A stretch of DNA of 64,000 nt from Bacteroidia bacterium (GCA_965279035.1 OZ257142.1:3872001-3936000); one strand, 5' to 3'; positions 48,501-59,382 are shown, numbered from the stretch's first letter. Made by a program: numbers and translations. Notes: generated by a model from the letters alone, not told the origin.

Positions 48501-49379
48501 AGTCCAAATACCAAAATACGTTTGATTCACTGAGAATGTTGAACGGTTAATGATCTCATAGTTATAGAAGGTCATGTTGTTCAAGGCATTGTTGGTAGCA
48601 AATTCAAATGCTTGTGCCCGAATCTCTAATCCAAGTGGGAAACCATTTGTTTCACCGTGAATGTTTCCGTTATCATTGAAAACCCACCAAAGTGTTTGAT
48701 CTCCAAATACACGCGCTTGACAACCTAAGTCACCTGTAATATCATAAGCAGGATATTCTGTTGCGAAACCTTGATCATCGCGAAGATCTGGTTCATAATA
48801 TCCATTAGAGTTTCCATCCACAAAAGGAGCAATTTCTGAAGCATAACCTGGGAAAGCACCATCATCAATTCCGTTTCCTGGCCATTCGCTAATCACTTCA
48901 GTTGCAGCAGAACCTAAATAGAATTCTTCCACTTCTTGACGTGTGATTTTCCAATGCTTATCATAAGCCAAACAAACAGCTGCATCGGTTGAAGCTCCTT
49001 CAATTTTCAAAGGACCAGGCCAGAAGTCATTACCACCTGAACGATAAGTCATAGCAGCTGCTTTCAAGTTCCCTCCATTGTCCAATCCACCAATCCATAA
49101 AGAGCCGGCAAACATAGAGTGCTTTCCAGTTCCTTTGGGGATTTCATATTTTGGATTGTTATTCAAATCCCACCACATATCTCCCGAAGTGAAAATGGTA
49201 GTTCGAACATTGTTCAAATCCAAATCTGTTCTTCCCGAACCCGGAGCACAAGCCGCAGCTATGCTTTTAGGTTTCCCAGTGGATGAACCTCCTGATTTTG
49301 GTCCAGGAACATTTCGGGCTTGAACAAACGCTGTGTGTCCAACCAGAAAAAGTAGTGTATAAAGAATGCGAGTATTCAT
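45507..49379 (-). CDS. Large secreted protein with CTD-like C-terminus
   Basis: Signal peptide; C-terminal INVVPNPYY...ITNLP..CTIKIYT.SG.LVR...WDL......SSGIYIIHV. Confidence 0.8.
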   Translation of the reverse strand: MNTRILYTLLFLVGHTAFVQARNVPGPKSGGSSTGKPKSIAAACAPGSGRTDLDLNNVRTTIFTSGDMWWDLNNNPKYEIPKGTGKHSMFAGSLWIGGLDNGGNLKAAAMTYRSGGNDFWPGPLKIEGASTDAAVCLAYDKHWKITRQEVEEFYLGSAATEVISEWPGNGIDDGAFPGYASEIAPFVDGNSNGYYEPDLRDDQGFATEYPAYDITGDLGCQARVFGDQTLWWVFNDNGNIHGETNGFPLGLEIRAQAFEFATNNALNNMTFYNYEIINRSTFSVNQTYFGIWTDPDLGYYADDYAGCDVGRGLGYVYNGDELDETVKGYGENPPAVGVDFFEGPFADPNNLDDSGDPCINPRAANGLGYGDSIVDNERIGMARFIYYTSTGPSYANDPDNGQHIYNYLRGIWKDGTPMIYGGNGYGAGTNYSYMFPGNTDPRGYGYMITGASQTCVPEDQPLGNWSIDQFGAVPPSDFRILQSAGPFTLQSGGFNKITMGVVWGRASSGGRLASVEVMRRVDDDAQALFDNCFSIINGPDAPQTKVVELNRELVLLFQNTNNDKVEYYLDQTSIPGFGDVKYAFQGYQIYQLKDNTVTVPDLGDVNRARLVTQVDIKDNITKVINRNFDLDLNASIPVLKADGPNKGLVNSFNITTDLFATGDNKLINHKKYYYMVLSYATSDNIADETFGQAYLAGRRTYGMAAIQIYTGIPHINSPQFGGVDVQAAFGDEPALTRMEGWGNGGNEVDLSDESIAEILAEPFWAKNPVYKKNAGPVAIKVVDPLSIPEGQFEFKILDVDSIDNSHWSLKYLNAESGQLSEYVSKNEIGKGAEEVIVEWGFSAIVKQVLEPGANPTDGNGFITATQEFSDNSTRWLTFLSDEEGCTNAANWIRSGTLENTGTGADVTCNDVLGIDPQSIYEKVNGGTWAPYMLVSRYNDGPAFNTSATIQIVGNVKRISSVDVVFTADKSKWTRCPVFETGDDPDFAQGNAEKGNLRGAPSVDKEGNPDGDGTGMSWFPGYAINVETGERLNMGFGESSRLAQDNGRDMKFNPSSRTILYDNGSLLNVLGGKHFIYIFNHSGNTASDMPRYDKGEFIRTKLSDPTAANKRAVYKDAAWVGVPIGVDNKPFLSCDLKVRIRVNRPYSKGYNATDSSTTAVNGNNPFYTFGTSDLFARRGNLETAKSALDLINVVPNPYYAYSGYEKNQLDNRVKITNLPAECTIKIYTTSGVLVRTYNKADPSTSLDWDLKNQANITISSGIYIIHVNVPDVGEKIVKFFGVLRPIDLDTF

Positions 49380-49399
49380 AGGACTCGATATTAAAATCA

Positions 49400-52300
49400 T
49401 CAGAAATTAAGAATGACACCGAAACGAATCACACGAGGACGAGCGAAATTATTCGGGTTGTTGGCACGAACTGTATAGAGATCAGCAAATGAAATTGAAT
49501 CAACTTGATTTGCAATCTGGCTTTGTGAAGTAGCGGCTGTTAAATAACCGTCATCAGAAGGATTACCGGTTGCACGATACACACCAATAATGTTTTTCTG
49601 ATTCAATACATTTTGAACTAGACAGTAAATCTGAAGTTCAGCCGATTTACGATCATCTTCTCCGTTTTTCTTTCCGTAATGTAAGGTCAATGAACGGTCG
49701 ATACGAATATTGATACGTGATTGGAATGGCAAGCGAGAACCATTTACGGTTCCTTTCAATACCGCTGTTCCTGTTCCTTGTGCCTCAGCAAAATAGTAGG
49801 AAGAACGTGTATAAGGAGTTCCAGAATTAGCAATCATCACCACATTTAAACCTGTGTTCTCAAGGATGTTTTTACCAAACAAACGTGGTCCATTGTATAA
49901 TTTCCCTTCGTCGTAACGGTAGTCGAATGTTGTTTGAATTTGATGACGTGTATCAAAGTCAAGTGGAATAGCCGTACGAAGATTTGGTTGACCAGAGTTA
50001 ATTAAGTTCACTCCAGTTGTTGAACTTGAACCTGTACCATCAGCAAACTGTAACGTATAGTTTGCTGTTAAACGAACATTACCTGTTCTACGTAAATCGT
50101 AAGCAATGGAGAGTCCTTTAACAGTTCCAAAGTCAATGTTACCAAAGGTGGTATAGTTTACCGGATATGCATAATTCACTGGAATTACTTGAATGAGGTT
50201 ACGCATCTCACGATAGAAAGCGCTGATCGTAATCGCAGAACTTTGATTCAAAGCTTGTTTGTAACCTACCTCGTAATCGATTGTACGTTGTGGTTTCAAA
50301 TCCGGATTATTGATTGTGCTACCTGTTGTATTAGCTAAGAAAAGGTAATCCAATGGGTCGATACGAATTCCTGAAGTTGGACGCTGAGTTAACACATCGT
50401 AGTGAGCAAAGAACTGAGCCACATCGGATATTGGAAACTGGAATGCAATACGTGGTAGGAAATTCGTTTGTGGTTTATAATCTTTAAATGCTGCTGAAGA
50501 AACTACTTGTTTAGTAGGATCAAGTAATGCTGGAGTAGCACGACCGCTGTTCGAAGCTTGAGCAATTACAATTGGATCGGTTACTTCTAATCCGTTTTTA
50601 TTAAACCAACGTTTTCCATCACGATACCCAATGATGTTATTGGTATTGCTTAAGTCGGTATTGTTAATATCGCGAACATACACTACGAAATCATCTCCAA
50701 TATTGGAAGGACGTGCATAACTGTTATTGTAAGTGAATTCACCTGCTTTACGTGTTTCATAAAGTGAGTAAAGATCTTTTGCCACATTTTGGTTCGCATC
50801 AAAACGGTCAACACGAATACCTACGTTGAAGATTAAATCTTTGAAAGCGAATTTGTCTTGAATGTAAGCAGCCATGTAAATTGGTGTGAATGCTCCAATT
50901 TCACGTTTGTAATTACCATGCTCATCTTTGTCGTTGAAGAAGTTGTCTAGTGTACGACGACCTTTCAACATATTACCATAAGCATCATAACCATTGTATG
51001 CAATCAATTGTGAGCTACCACCACCATTCAGAAGTTCATCAGCACTAAACATATTCAATGAATAGGCAGAAGGATCCAAGTTGTCAATGTCAATCCACGT
51101 TGTACCATTGGAAGTAAGACCTTGAGATTGGCGTAGGTTTTTATCGAAAAACGATTGGTTTGATAAATTAACTAATCGGTTGTATTTGATTGTATCAGTA
51201 AAAACTCCTTGAGAATTGAAAGTAGCAATTGGATTTGTTAAATCGAGCTGATCGATATGGCGATTTGCCAATTGGCGCATGATTGACCAAAGTCCAACAG
51301 GAGCAATGGAATAACCACGATCGGAACGTTGTTCATATTCGAAACCAAATCCAATCTCATGTCCTTTAATATCGGCAGAAGCACTACCTACAATACGAAA
51401 CTGTTCTGATTGAGATTTTGAATTTCCATTATATGTAGTACCTGGTGCATTGTACATTGAATAAACAGCGTCAGGAAGGTCACCGTTAAGTAAGCCTTTC
51501 CCTTGTTGAACCTGAGTAAAGTTTTGATAGTTTCCAGCAACTACGTTTCCAGCTAAATTATAATATTGGCTAGTGTAGTTTGAAGTAATTGGATTCGTTG
51601 TTCCTGGAACAAAGGAGAATAATGTATCTCTGAAACCAACTTGTTTAAAACCTCCTAGAATAGTTCCATTCACAGTATCAATACCACCACCGTAATTAGC
51701 GATTCGGTATGTTTTAAATTTACCTACATACCCATAATCGAACAGGTTATTTTTGTGATCTTCATTATATGAGCGACCATTCGTACGAGTATAATCGGCT
51801 TGAATGGTATAGAACACATTCTTTATAACAGAAGCAGAATTTTGTTGATCACTTCCTCCTAAACGTTGAGTGAATTTAGCATATCCACGAACTGTTTGAT
51901 TAATTCCTCGTCCGTTATTCGCTGAGTTGAACATAGAATTGGCCAAACTAAAAGCGTTGAATGCTTCATAGTCGAATGTTCCACCAATGGTAATGTTAGC
52001 TGTTTCGGATACTTTGAAATCGATTTTCCCAGCCAAAGATGCTCGGCTAGTTCGTGCATTTTCACGACGTTTTACATTTTCAAAATCAGAAGCACGAACA
52101 AAGGATGCATTTTGTTGACGACCAGTTCCAAGCGGAGCTACACGAAGTGGATTCTTTTCTATCTCTGCAAGTTTTGTTTTGTTTAATCGAGTAATACCAA
52201 CAGCAGAAGGATCATTATCGGCTTCTTTCAAAAACTCAGAAGAAATAAAGAAACCAATCATCGGTTTTTTAGTTCCATCAGCTAGTTTTTTTAATGCAAT

Positions 52301-53065
52301 AGGACCAGTTAAATTGAAACCAAGGAGGTTATATCCGTAACCATCTACCGAGCGAACATATTCCAAACCACCATTAACTTGTTGTGATGGTCCACGTGTA
52401 GTAATTGAAATTACCCCACCAGTAGCATCACCATACATAGCTGGTAAACCACCTGTGATGATTTGAATTTGCTCAATACCTTGTTGAGGAATGTTGGTAG
52501 AACCGCGGACTTTAATACCATCTACAAAGTAAAACGTTGCATCACCCCTTGAACCACGAACGTTGATGCCTGCACCTTCGTCCGATTGAGTAACTCCGGC
52601 TGTTGTAGCTGCTACTGAATTTACATTCCGTGTTGGTAATGCGTAAATTTCTTCTTTAGTTACTGTTTTCCCTTGATAATCCTCAATCAGAGGAACATCG
52701 TATGCAACAACTTCATACGTTTTTATCTCAACAACCGAGGATTCCAGTTTCACATCGACTGTTGTAATTTTTCCAGCAGAAATAATTACCCCAGTAGTTT
52801 TGATTGGCTTATATCCAACATAACTGGTTTTCACTTCGTATGATCCTGGATCAATAGGTTTGATCTGGTATTCACCATCAAAGTTCGATTGGCCGGTTCC
52901 TATTTGAATTCCTCCAACTTCCACTACGATATTCGCAAATGGAATGGGTTCTCCGGTTTTAGAGTCCTTAATTGTCCCTTTCAATGAACCTGCACCTGCT
53001 TGCGCAAAAGCGGCTGATGAAATGGAAAGAACTGTAATAATTGTCAGGTAAAGCTTTCTTACCAT
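49400..53065 (-). CDS. TonB-dependent receptor-like protein with carboxypeptidase-regulatory N-domain
   Basis: G.IKD..TGEPIPFANI, plug INVRGSR...FVDGI...GGLPA.YGDA.GGVI.I.T, NPDLKPQRT, terminal PR.IRFG..LNF. Confidence 0.9.
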   Translation of the reverse strand: MVRKLYLTIITVLSISSAAFAQAGAGSLKGTIKDSKTGEPIPFANIVVEVGGIQIGTGQSNFDGEYQIKPIDPGSYEVKTSYVGYKPIKTTGVIISAGKITTVDVKLESSVVEIKTYEVVAYDVPLIEDYQGKTVTKEEIYALPTRNVNSVAATTAGVTQSDEGAGINVRGSRGDATFYFVDGIKVRGSTNIPQQGIEQIQIITGGLPAMYGDATGGVISITTRGPSQQVNGGLEYVRSVDGYGYNLLGFNLTGPIALKKLADGTKKPMIGFFISSEFLKEADNDPSAVGITRLNKTKLAEIEKNPLRVAPLGTGRQQNASFVRASDFENVKRRENARTSRASLAGKIDFKVSETANITIGGTFDYEAFNAFSLANSMFNSANNGRGINQTVRGYAKFTQRLGGSDQQNSASVIKNVFYTIQADYTRTNGRSYNEDHKNNLFDYGYVGKFKTYRIANYGGGIDTVNGTILGGFKQVGFRDTLFSFVPGTTNPITSNYTSQYYNLAGNVVAGNYQNFTQVQQGKGLLNGDLPDAVYSMYNAPGTTYNGNSKSQSEQFRIVGSASADIKGHEIGFGFEYEQRSDRGYSIAPVGLWSIMRQLANRHIDQLDLTNPIATFNSQGVFTDTIKYNRLVNLSNQSFFDKNLRQSQGLTSNGTTWIDIDNLDPSAYSLNMFSADELLNGGGSSQLIAYNGYDAYGNMLKGRRTLDNFFNDKDEHGNYKREIGAFTPIYMAAYIQDKFAFKDLIFNVGIRVDRFDANQNVAKDLYSLYETRKAGEFTYNNSYARPSNIGDDFVVYVRDINNTDLSNTNNIIGYRDGKRWFNKNGLEVTDPIVIAQASNSGRATPALLDPTKQVVSSAAFKDYKPQTNFLPRIAFQFPISDVAQFFAHYDVLTQRPTSGIRIDPLDYLFLANTTGSTINNPDLKPQRTIDYEVGYKQALNQSSAITISAFYREMRNLIQVIPVNYAYPVNYTTFGNIDFGTVKGLSIAYDLRRTGNVRLTANYTLQFADGTGSSSTTGVNLINSGQPNLRTAIPLDFDTRHQIQTTFDYRYDEGKLYNGPRLFGKNILENTGLNVVMIANSGTPYTRSSYYFAEAQGTGTAVLKGTVNGSRLPFQSRINIRIDRSLTLHYGKKNGEDDRKSAELQIYCLVQNVLNQKNIIGVYRATGNPSDDGYLTAATSQSQIANQVDSISFADLYTVRANNPNNFARPRVIRFGVILNF

Positions 53066-53551
53066 ACTCCTTTGTGTTTAAAATCCACGTTTTTTTTCAA
53101 GGTTGCTAAGATAGAAATTGATTTGTTCCACCTTAAAATTTGATAAAAAATAGGTAATTGCCTATCTATCAATAGTTCAAGCTTGTTTTAGTAGTCATTA
53201 GGTTGCTTTCGTTCAGAGGAAACTAGGAAGAAAAACAGATCATAATGTTTTGAAATTTAAGTAATTGCACTTTTCGTAATGCGCAATAATCTAACAATCA
53301 ATATACTACGGAATCAAGCCCTATTTTGATCAGATTGTCTCCTCAAATTCGTCCTGTATCGTGTTAAAATGTACAAGCTTTATCAAGTAGAAAATTTGAT
53401 ACTACAAATGTGAAATAAGATTCAATCATGAGCAATTACAATAAACTTAGCTTATCGCTCAAAAAATGATTTCATTCTTAGGGTTTAAGGACTTATCAAT
53501 ATGATAATGCGCTGATTTTCAAAAATATAAAACCAAGACTTATGAAGTACA

Positions 53552-53833
53552 CTAAAAACGTCGTTTGTGTCGGTTAAGTCGATCACTTTTACGTTTTGTC
53601 TTTTTCATTCTGCGCTTTGTAGCTTTATCTTGAATGTCTGTATGGCGCTTCCGCAAGCGTTTTTCGGCATTTCGCTGTTTCTTAATTTGAACTTCCTTTT
53701 TTTCTTTCAGCTCTTTTTTCTGCTTTTCACGGCTCTTCGGTTTTACCTGAGCATGAATTCCTGATATGGAAAATGCAATAAAGAACAGAATAAGACTGAA
53801 TCTTCTAAATACGAACCAATGGGATGAACTCAT
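53552..53833 (-). CDS. Small basic hypothetical exported protein
   Basis: Signal peptide then K/R-rich coiled coil (H..IQ.K.T..RMKK); TATTTTTG -7 box upstream. Confidence 0.65.
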   Translation of the reverse strand: MSSSHWFVFRRFSLILFFIAFSISGIHAQVKPKSREKQKKELKEKKEVQIKKQRNAEKRLRKRHTDIQDKATKRRMKKTKRKSDRLNRHKRRF

Positions 53834-53900
53834 GAAAATGGAAATTGAATAGACAAAAATATACGGATATCTTTGTTTGATCGTTATGTTGCTTCATCCA

Positions 53901-54335
53901 ATGAAAAATATCGGGAATCTTTTTATTCTAACTCTTCTGATTACTGCTTCTTGTAAAAAAGGAGATATCAATCAGCAGTTGGGAATTCCGTACGTAAAAG
54001 TGGATCAATATGTCTTATTGAACGATCCTTCGAGTATTTCATTGAATGCCGTTGGCGGATTTCTCTATTTAAATGCTGGTTCTCGTGGTATAGTAGTTTA
54101 CCATCGTTCGTATGAAGAATATGTAGCATTCGACAGGCATTGTACCTATAAAACGACCGATGCTTGCGGGAAAGTTTCTCTTGATTCAACGACTAACGTG
54201 ATATTAAAATGTGCTTGCTGCGATTCTAAATTTTCACTTATTGATGGAAGTGTATTAAATGGACCTTCGATTAATCCACTGCTTCAATATAAATCACAAA
54301 TGACTGGGACGGGAACCTTGCATATATACAATTAA
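53901..54335 (+). CDS. Rieske-like fold lipoprotein
   Basis: Lipobox TASC, RGIVVY, AFDRHCTY, CACCDSKFS..DG.VLNGP...PL..Y. Confidence 0.75.
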   Translation: MKNIGNLFILTLLITASCKKGDINQQLGIPYVKVDQYVLLNDPSSISLNAVGGFLYLNAGSRGIVVYHRSYEEYVAFDRHCTYKTTDACGKVSLDSTTNVILKCACCDSKFSLIDGSVLNGPSINPLLQYKSQMTGTGTLHIYN

Positions 54336-54366
54336 AAAATCCCTGCCACTCGAAAGCAACAGGGAT
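54334..54366. terminator. Terminator between convergent genes
   Basis: ATCCCTG...CAGGGAT stem with A-run on the left (T-run for ahcY). Confidence 0.6.
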
Positions 54367-54388
54367 CGAATCCTATATTTTAGAACTA

Positions 54389-55711
54389 TCAATAACGATA
54401 ATATTCTGGTTTGAAAGGACCTTGTACTTCAACACCAATGTATTCAGCTTGATCGTTTGTTAAAACATCTAACTCAACACCGATTTTAGCCAAGTGTAAA
54501 CGAGCCACTTTTTCATCCAAGTGTTTTGGTAAAGTGTACACTTTCTTCTCGTAAGCTGCAGTATTTGTCCACAATTCCAATTGAGCAAGCACTTGATTTG
54601 TGAATGAATTAGACATCACAAAAGAAGGGTGACCAGTAGCACAACCTAAATTCACTAAACGACCTTCAGCTAGAACGATGATTTCTTTTCCATCGATGTT
54701 GTATAAGTCAACTTGTGGTTTGATTGTGTCTTTTGTATGACCATAAGCACCGTTTAACCAAGCCATATCGATTTCAGTATCGAAGTGACCAATGTTACAA
54801 ACGATTGCTTTGTCTTTCAAAGCACGGAAATGACGCTCAGTAACAATATTCATGTTTCCTGTAGCAGTAACCACGATATCAGCTTCTTTGATAGCTGTTT
54901 CCATTTTCTTCACTTCGTATCCTTCCATTGCAGCCTGAAGCGCACAGATTGGATCGATTTCAGTCACAATTACACGAACACCTGAGTTCTTCAGAGAATC
55001 GGCAGAACCTTTTCCAACATCACCGTAACCAGCAACAACAGCTACTTTACCAGCCATCATCACATCAGTAGCGCGACGAATTGCATCAACCAAAGATTCG
55101 CGGCAACCATATTTATTATCGAATTTCGATTTGGTAACAGAATCGTTGATATTGATTGCTGGAACTAACAAAGTTCCTTTTTTCATACGCTCATACAAAC
55201 GATGAACACCTGTAGTTGTTTCTTCAGATAATCCGCGAATTCCACTTGCCAACTCTGGATATTTATCAAATACCAAATTGGTCAAATCACCACCATCATC
55301 CAAAATCATATTCAATGGTTTGCGTTCAACACCAAAGAATAATGTTTGTTCAATACACCAATCGAATTCTTCTGCAGTCATGCCTTTCCAAGCATAAACA
55401 GGAATTCCAGCAGCAGCAATAGCAGCAGCAGCATGGTCTTGTGTACTGAAAATGTTACATGATGACCAAGTAACTTCCGCACCAAGAGCAACCAATGTTT
55501 CAATCAAAACAGCGGTTTGAATTGTCATGTGTAGACATCCAGCAACGCGTGCACCTTGAAGCGGTTTTGTTGTTCCGAATTCATCACGAAGTGCCATCAA
55601 TCCTGGCATTTCAGCTTCAGCTAAACGGATTTCTTTACGACCCCACTCTGCTAGTGAGATGTCTTTTACTTTAAAAGGAATGTAGTTTTCCACAGCTACG
55701 TTATTTTCCAT
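54389..55711 (-). CDS. ahcY: Adenosylhomocysteinase
   Basis: [42 protein letters not shown] and GHPSFVMS. Confidence 0.97.
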   Translation of the reverse strand: MENNVAVENYIPFKVKDISLAEWGRKEIRLAEAEMPGLMALRDEFGTTKPLQGARVAGCLHMTIQTAVLIETLVALGAEVTWSSCNIFSTQDHAAAAIAAAGIPVYAWKGMTAEEFDWCIEQTLFFGVERKPLNMILDDGGDLTNLVFDKYPELASGIRGLSEETTTGVHRLYERMKKGTLLVPAININDSVTKSKFDNKYGCRESLVDAIRRATDVMMAGKVAVVAGYGDVGKGSADSLKNSGVRVIVTEIDPICALQAAMEGYEVKKMETAIKEADIVVTATGNMNIVTERHFRALKDKAIVCNIGHFDTEIDMAWLNGAYGHTKDTIKPQVDLYNIDGKEIIVLAEGRLVNLGCATGHPSFVMSNSFTNQVLAQLELWTNTAAYEKKVYTLPKHLDEKVARLHLAKIGVELDVLTNDQAEYIGVEVQGPFKPEYYRY

Positions 55712-55731
55712 GAGTTTATCAATTTCGGGCG

Positions 55732-55739
55732 CAAAGGTA
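55732..55739 (-). promoter_or_regulatory. -7 promoter element of ahcY
   Basis: TACCTTTG on the minus strand, 20 nt before the ATG. Confidence 0.6.
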
Positions 55740-55935
55740 ATACATCTTCAGGCAATTAACCGGTTTTGTGTTGAAATCTTTCCAAGATCACTCATTGGAA
55801 CCACGTTCAGATTAAGAAACTTGCCTCCAATTCGAGGTGTCGTAATATCTCGACAGATTGTCAGTTAACCGGCGCTGGCATAATTGCTGAAAACCCGCCG
55901 GAAATTTTTCGTTCCTTTACAAATTCAAACCTCCT

Positions 55936-56610
55936 ATGTTTCATAACGACGAGTTCAGAAAATACGCCGTAAAGCACCGCGGTATCAGTTCCAGTTCGCT
56001 GGATAGTTACACTTCTATCACTTCAGATTATATTTCTCCAACAATCATTGAAGAGCGCCAATTAAATGTAGCTCAGATGGATGTATTTTCGAGATTGATG
56101 ATGGATCGAATCATTTTTCTTGGTGTTGGAATCAACGATTATGTGGCTAATATCGTTCAAGCTCAACTACTTTTCTTGGAAAGTGTGGATGCTAAAAAAG
56201 ATATTCAGATATATATGAATACACCTGGCGGATCTGTTTATGCCGGTTTGGGAATTTATGACACTATGCAGATTATTGCCCCGGATGTTGCGACAATCTG
56301 TACCGGAATGGCAGCATCCATGGGTGCCGTTTTATTATGTGCTGGTGCCGATGGAAAACGTACTGCATTGAAACATGCACGTGTGATGATTCATCAACCA
56401 ATGGGCGGTGCTCAAGGACAAGCTTCCGACATTGAAATCACAGCACGTGAAATTCAGAAATTGAAAAAAGAATTATACGATATCATTGCTGGACATTCAG
56501 GACAGACATACGATAAAGTAGAAAAAGACAGCGACCGCGATTACTGGATGACAGCCGAGGAAGCCAAAGCATACGGGATGATTGATGAAATCCTGACACG
56601 TAAAAAGTAA
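55936..56610 (+). CDS. clpP: Clp protease proteolytic subunit
   Basis: [22 protein letters not shown] and MIHQP. Confidence 0.97.
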   Translation: MFHNDEFRKYAVKHRGISSSSLDSYTSITSDYISPTIIEERQLNVAQMDVFSRLMMDRIIFLGVGINDYVANIVQAQLLFLESVDAKKDIQIYMNTPGGSVYAGLGIYDTMQIIAPDVATICTGMAASMGAVLLCAGADGKRTALKHARVMIHQPMGGAQGQASDIEITAREIQKLKKELYDIIAGHSGQTYDKVEKDSDRDYWMTAEEAKAYGMIDEILTRKK

Positions 56611-56619
56611 AAACACCGG

Positions 56620-57858
56620 ATGGAAAGGATTAAGGAGAAATGTTCATTTTGCGGACGCAGTAAAAAGGAAACTGCCATTCTTATTGCAGGTTTGGATGCT
56701 TTCATTTGTGATGTGTGTGTTACACAAGCCAATCAGATTGTATCCGAAGAACTTGCCGAACGCAAAGGCGGAACTGTGAAGCAGGAACTCAATCTCCTTA
56801 AACCTTCCGAAATAAAACTTCATCTCGATGAATATGTCATTGGACAAGATGAAGCTAAAAAAGTACTCTGTGTTGCCGTTTACAATCACTACAAACGTCT
56901 ATCTCAGAAGAACTTTAAGATAGATGAAGAAACGGAAATCGAGAAATCGAACATTATTTTAGTTGGTGAAACGGGTACTGGTAAAACATTACTTGCTAGA
57001 ACCATTTCCCGCATTTTGAATGTTCCTTTTTGTATTGCCGACGCAACCGTATTAACCGAAGCAGGATATGTGGGTGAGGATGTGGAAAGCATCCTTGCCC
57101 GTTTGCTTCAAGCTGCCGATTATAATGTTGAAGCCGCCCAACGCGGAATCGTTTTCATTGATGAAGTAGATAAAATTGCTCGTAAAAGCGATAATCCATC
57201 CATTACTCGGGATGTTTCCGGAGAAGGTGTTCAACAAGGATTATTAAAACTGCTCGAAGGTGCTGTAGTTAATGTTCCTCCGCAAGGTGGACGCAAACAT
57301 CCTGAACAAAAAATGGTCGCCATCGATACACGCAATATCCTATTTATATGTGGTGGGGCTTTCGATGGTATTGATAAGAAAATTGCTCGTCGTATTCAAA
57401 GTCAAACCATTGGATACGCTACGAATAAAGAAGCTGAAGTCATCGATAAAGAAAATTTACTCAAATACATCAATCCCCAAGATTTAAAAAGCTTCGGTTT
57501 AATTCCAGAACTGATTGGTCGATTGCCTGTATTAAGTCACCTTGATCCTCTCGATCCAGAAGCTTTAAAACGAATTCTCACCGAACCTAAAAACGCATTG
57601 ATCAAACAATACAAAAAGCTGTTTAGCATTGATCATGTGGACATAGATTTCGATGAAAATGTGCTCGATTTCATAGTAGAAAGAGCAAACGAATTTAAAT
57701 TGGGAGCCCGTGGATTGAGATCGATCTGCGAAGGCATTATGACCGATTTGATGTTTGAATTACCATCAGATCCAAGTGTAAAAAAGTATACAGTTACCTT
57801 GAAATACGCGAAAGCGAAATTCGACAAGCTGAAACTTAACCATCTAAAGGCTGCTTAA
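56620..57858 (+). CDS. clpX: Clp protease ATP-binding subunit
   Basis: CSFC...CDVC zinc finger, [28 protein letters not shown] and LGARGLR. Confidence 0.97.
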   Translation: MERIKEKCSFCGRSKKETAILIAGLDAFICDVCVTQANQIVSEELAERKGGTVKQELNLLKPSEIKLHLDEYVIGQDEAKKVLCVAVYNHYKRLSQKNFKIDEETEIEKSNIILVGETGTGKTLLARTISRILNVPFCIADATVLTEAGYVGEDVESILARLLQAADYNVEAAQRGIVFIDEVDKIARKSDNPSITRDVSGEGVQQGLLKLLEGAVVNVPPQGGRKHPEQKMVAIDTRNILFICGGAFDGIDKKIARRIQSQTIGYATNKEAEVIDKENLLKYINPQDLKSFGLIPELIGRLPVLSHLDPLDPEALKRILTEPKNALIKQYKKLFSIDHVDIDFDENVLDFIVERANEFKLGARGLRSICEGIMTDLMFELPSDPSVKKYTVTLKYAKAKFDKLKLNHLKAA

Positions 57859-57859
57859 T

Positions 57860-58453
57860 TTATTTCCCGCAATTACACCCTGGAGAAATAAAAACTTCGG
57901 TGTGAGGTAATTGCTCGAAAACACTTTCTTTCTCTGATTCCGTAAGGAGAATAGCCCTCATATCGAGGTATTTGAGCTTAGTCAGTTTTTCGATACTCTC
58001 GGGAAGCATCGTAATTTCATTTCCCCATACTTGAAGAAATTCTAGTTCTGTTAAATCTCCAATTTCAAATGGAAGAACTACAATTTGGTTTTTCCCAAGA
58101 TCTAGGTAACGGAGTTTTTGAAGACTCCCAATTTCTTTCCCAACAACATCAATTTGATTACGAGCTAATCGTAAAATTTCAAGATTTTTCAGTTTCCCAA
58201 TATCTGTTGGAATTCGCTTGATTTTATTGGAAGTCAAATCCAACTCTCGAAGATTTTTAAAGAGATAAACTTCCGGTGGAATTTGAGTATACCGCTTTCG
58301 TTTCAACCTCAAAATTTGAACAGAATCAGGATGAAGTAGCGCTTCAGAAATACTCGTATACACTTTTCCTTCAATTACATAATCTGGCTGAGCCATTATA
58401 TCGACTGAAGAAATGAAAAGGAGAAACGTGAAAAAATAAATAAGCTTGTTCAT
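57860..58453 (-). CDS. Secreted leucine-rich repeat protein
   Basis: Signal peptide and about five 23-aa LxxLxLxxNxIxxIPxxIG repeats. Confidence 0.9.
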   Translation of the reverse strand: MNKLIYFFTFLLFISSVDIMAQPDYVIEGKVYTSISEALLHPDSVQILRLKRKRYTQIPPEVYLFKNLRELDLTSNKIKRIPTDIGKLKNLEILRLARNQIDVVGKEIGSLQKLRYLDLGKNQIVVLPFEIGDLTELEFLQVWGNEITMLPESIEKLTKLKYLDMRAILLTESEKESVFEQLPHTEVFISPGCNCGK

Positions 58454-59382
58454 ACGGAAAGATACTTCAGGGCTTCTTTCTTATCGAGTTCTAATTGTGT
58501 TCGGAGTTCTTCTACCCCATTGAAACGTATCTCATCTCGAATACGTGCAGATATTCTGATTTTAATTTCCTGTTCATATAAATTACCTTCAAAATCAATC
58601 AAATGTACCTCAATACTTCGCTGATTATTAGTTGAAACTGTTGGACGAACCCCGATATTCATCATTCCATGATATATACCAGTTCCAACAGAAACTGTTA
58701 CAGCATATACTCCATTGGCTGGAATTAATTTATAATCATTTTCAAGTTGAATATTGGCAGTAGGAAAACCAATTGTTCGCCCTAATTGTTTTCCCTTAAC
58801 TACTTTTCCACTAAAGGGATAAGGATATCCTAAAAATCTATTCGCGGTTTGGATATCTCCTTTTCGAAGTGCCTCACGAATTTTAGTAGAACTAACAGCT
58901 ACTTGATCAATGTCTTGTGCAGGAATTTCTTCTACATCAAATCCATATAAGGGTCCGAATTTTTTCAAATGCTCGAATGATCCTGTTCTATTTTTTCCAA
59001 AATGATGATCATACCCAATTACCAACTTCTTAGTTCTCACCGTTTCAACTAAAATTCTACGGATAAACTCTTCCGAACTCCATTCTGCAAATTCCTTATT
59101 AAAAGGAATCACCAGTAAATGATCAATCCCAAGTTGGCTTAAGCGTGCAATTTTTTCGGAAAGCGTGCTAAGAACTTGAAGATTGTTGTTTTCGGGTTGA
59201 AGTATTAAGCGTGGATGAGGATGGAACGTAATAACAACCGATTGACCTTGATAATTAGTACACAAAGTGTGTAGCCGATGAATAATCGTTTGGTGGCCTA
59301 AATGCACACCATCAAAAGTGCCTGTAGTAACAACAGGAAATGATAGGACTGGAAAATCTTGAAGTTCGTAATATACTTGCAC
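58450..59382 (-). CDS. ribF: Bifunctional riboflavin kinase/FAD synthetase
   Basis: GTFDGVHLGH, GYDHHFG, VSSTKIR, GRTIGFPTAN and NIGVRPT; likely GTG start at 59382. Confidence 0.96.
   Translation of the reverse strand: MQVYYELQDFPVLSFPVVTTGTFDGVHLGHQTIIHRLHTLCTNYQGQSVVITFHPHPRLILQPENNNLQVLSTLSEKIARLSQLGIDHLLVIPFNKEFAEWSSEEFIRRILVETVRTKKLVIGYDHHFGKNRTGSFEHLKKFGPLYGFDVEEIPAQDIDQVAVSSTKIREALRKGDIQTANRFLGYPYPFSGKVVKGKQLGRTIGFPTANIQLENDYKLIPANGVYAVTVSVGTGIYHGMMNIGVRPTVSTNNQRSIEVHLIDFEGNLYEQEIKIRISARIRDEIRFNGVEELRTQLELDKKEALKYLSV

Noticed and set aside
53066-53551. Long intergenic region as an ncRNA
   Set aside because: AT-rich with no convincing stems or repeats by eye; likely promoter region
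55712-55935. SAH or SAM riboswitch upstream of ahcY
   Set aside because: The -7 box leaves only a very short leader and no aptamer motif is recognisable
57860-58453. LRR protein as a eukaryote-like effector
   Set aside because: Short secreted LRR proteins are common in Bacteroidota, and this one is operonic with ribF
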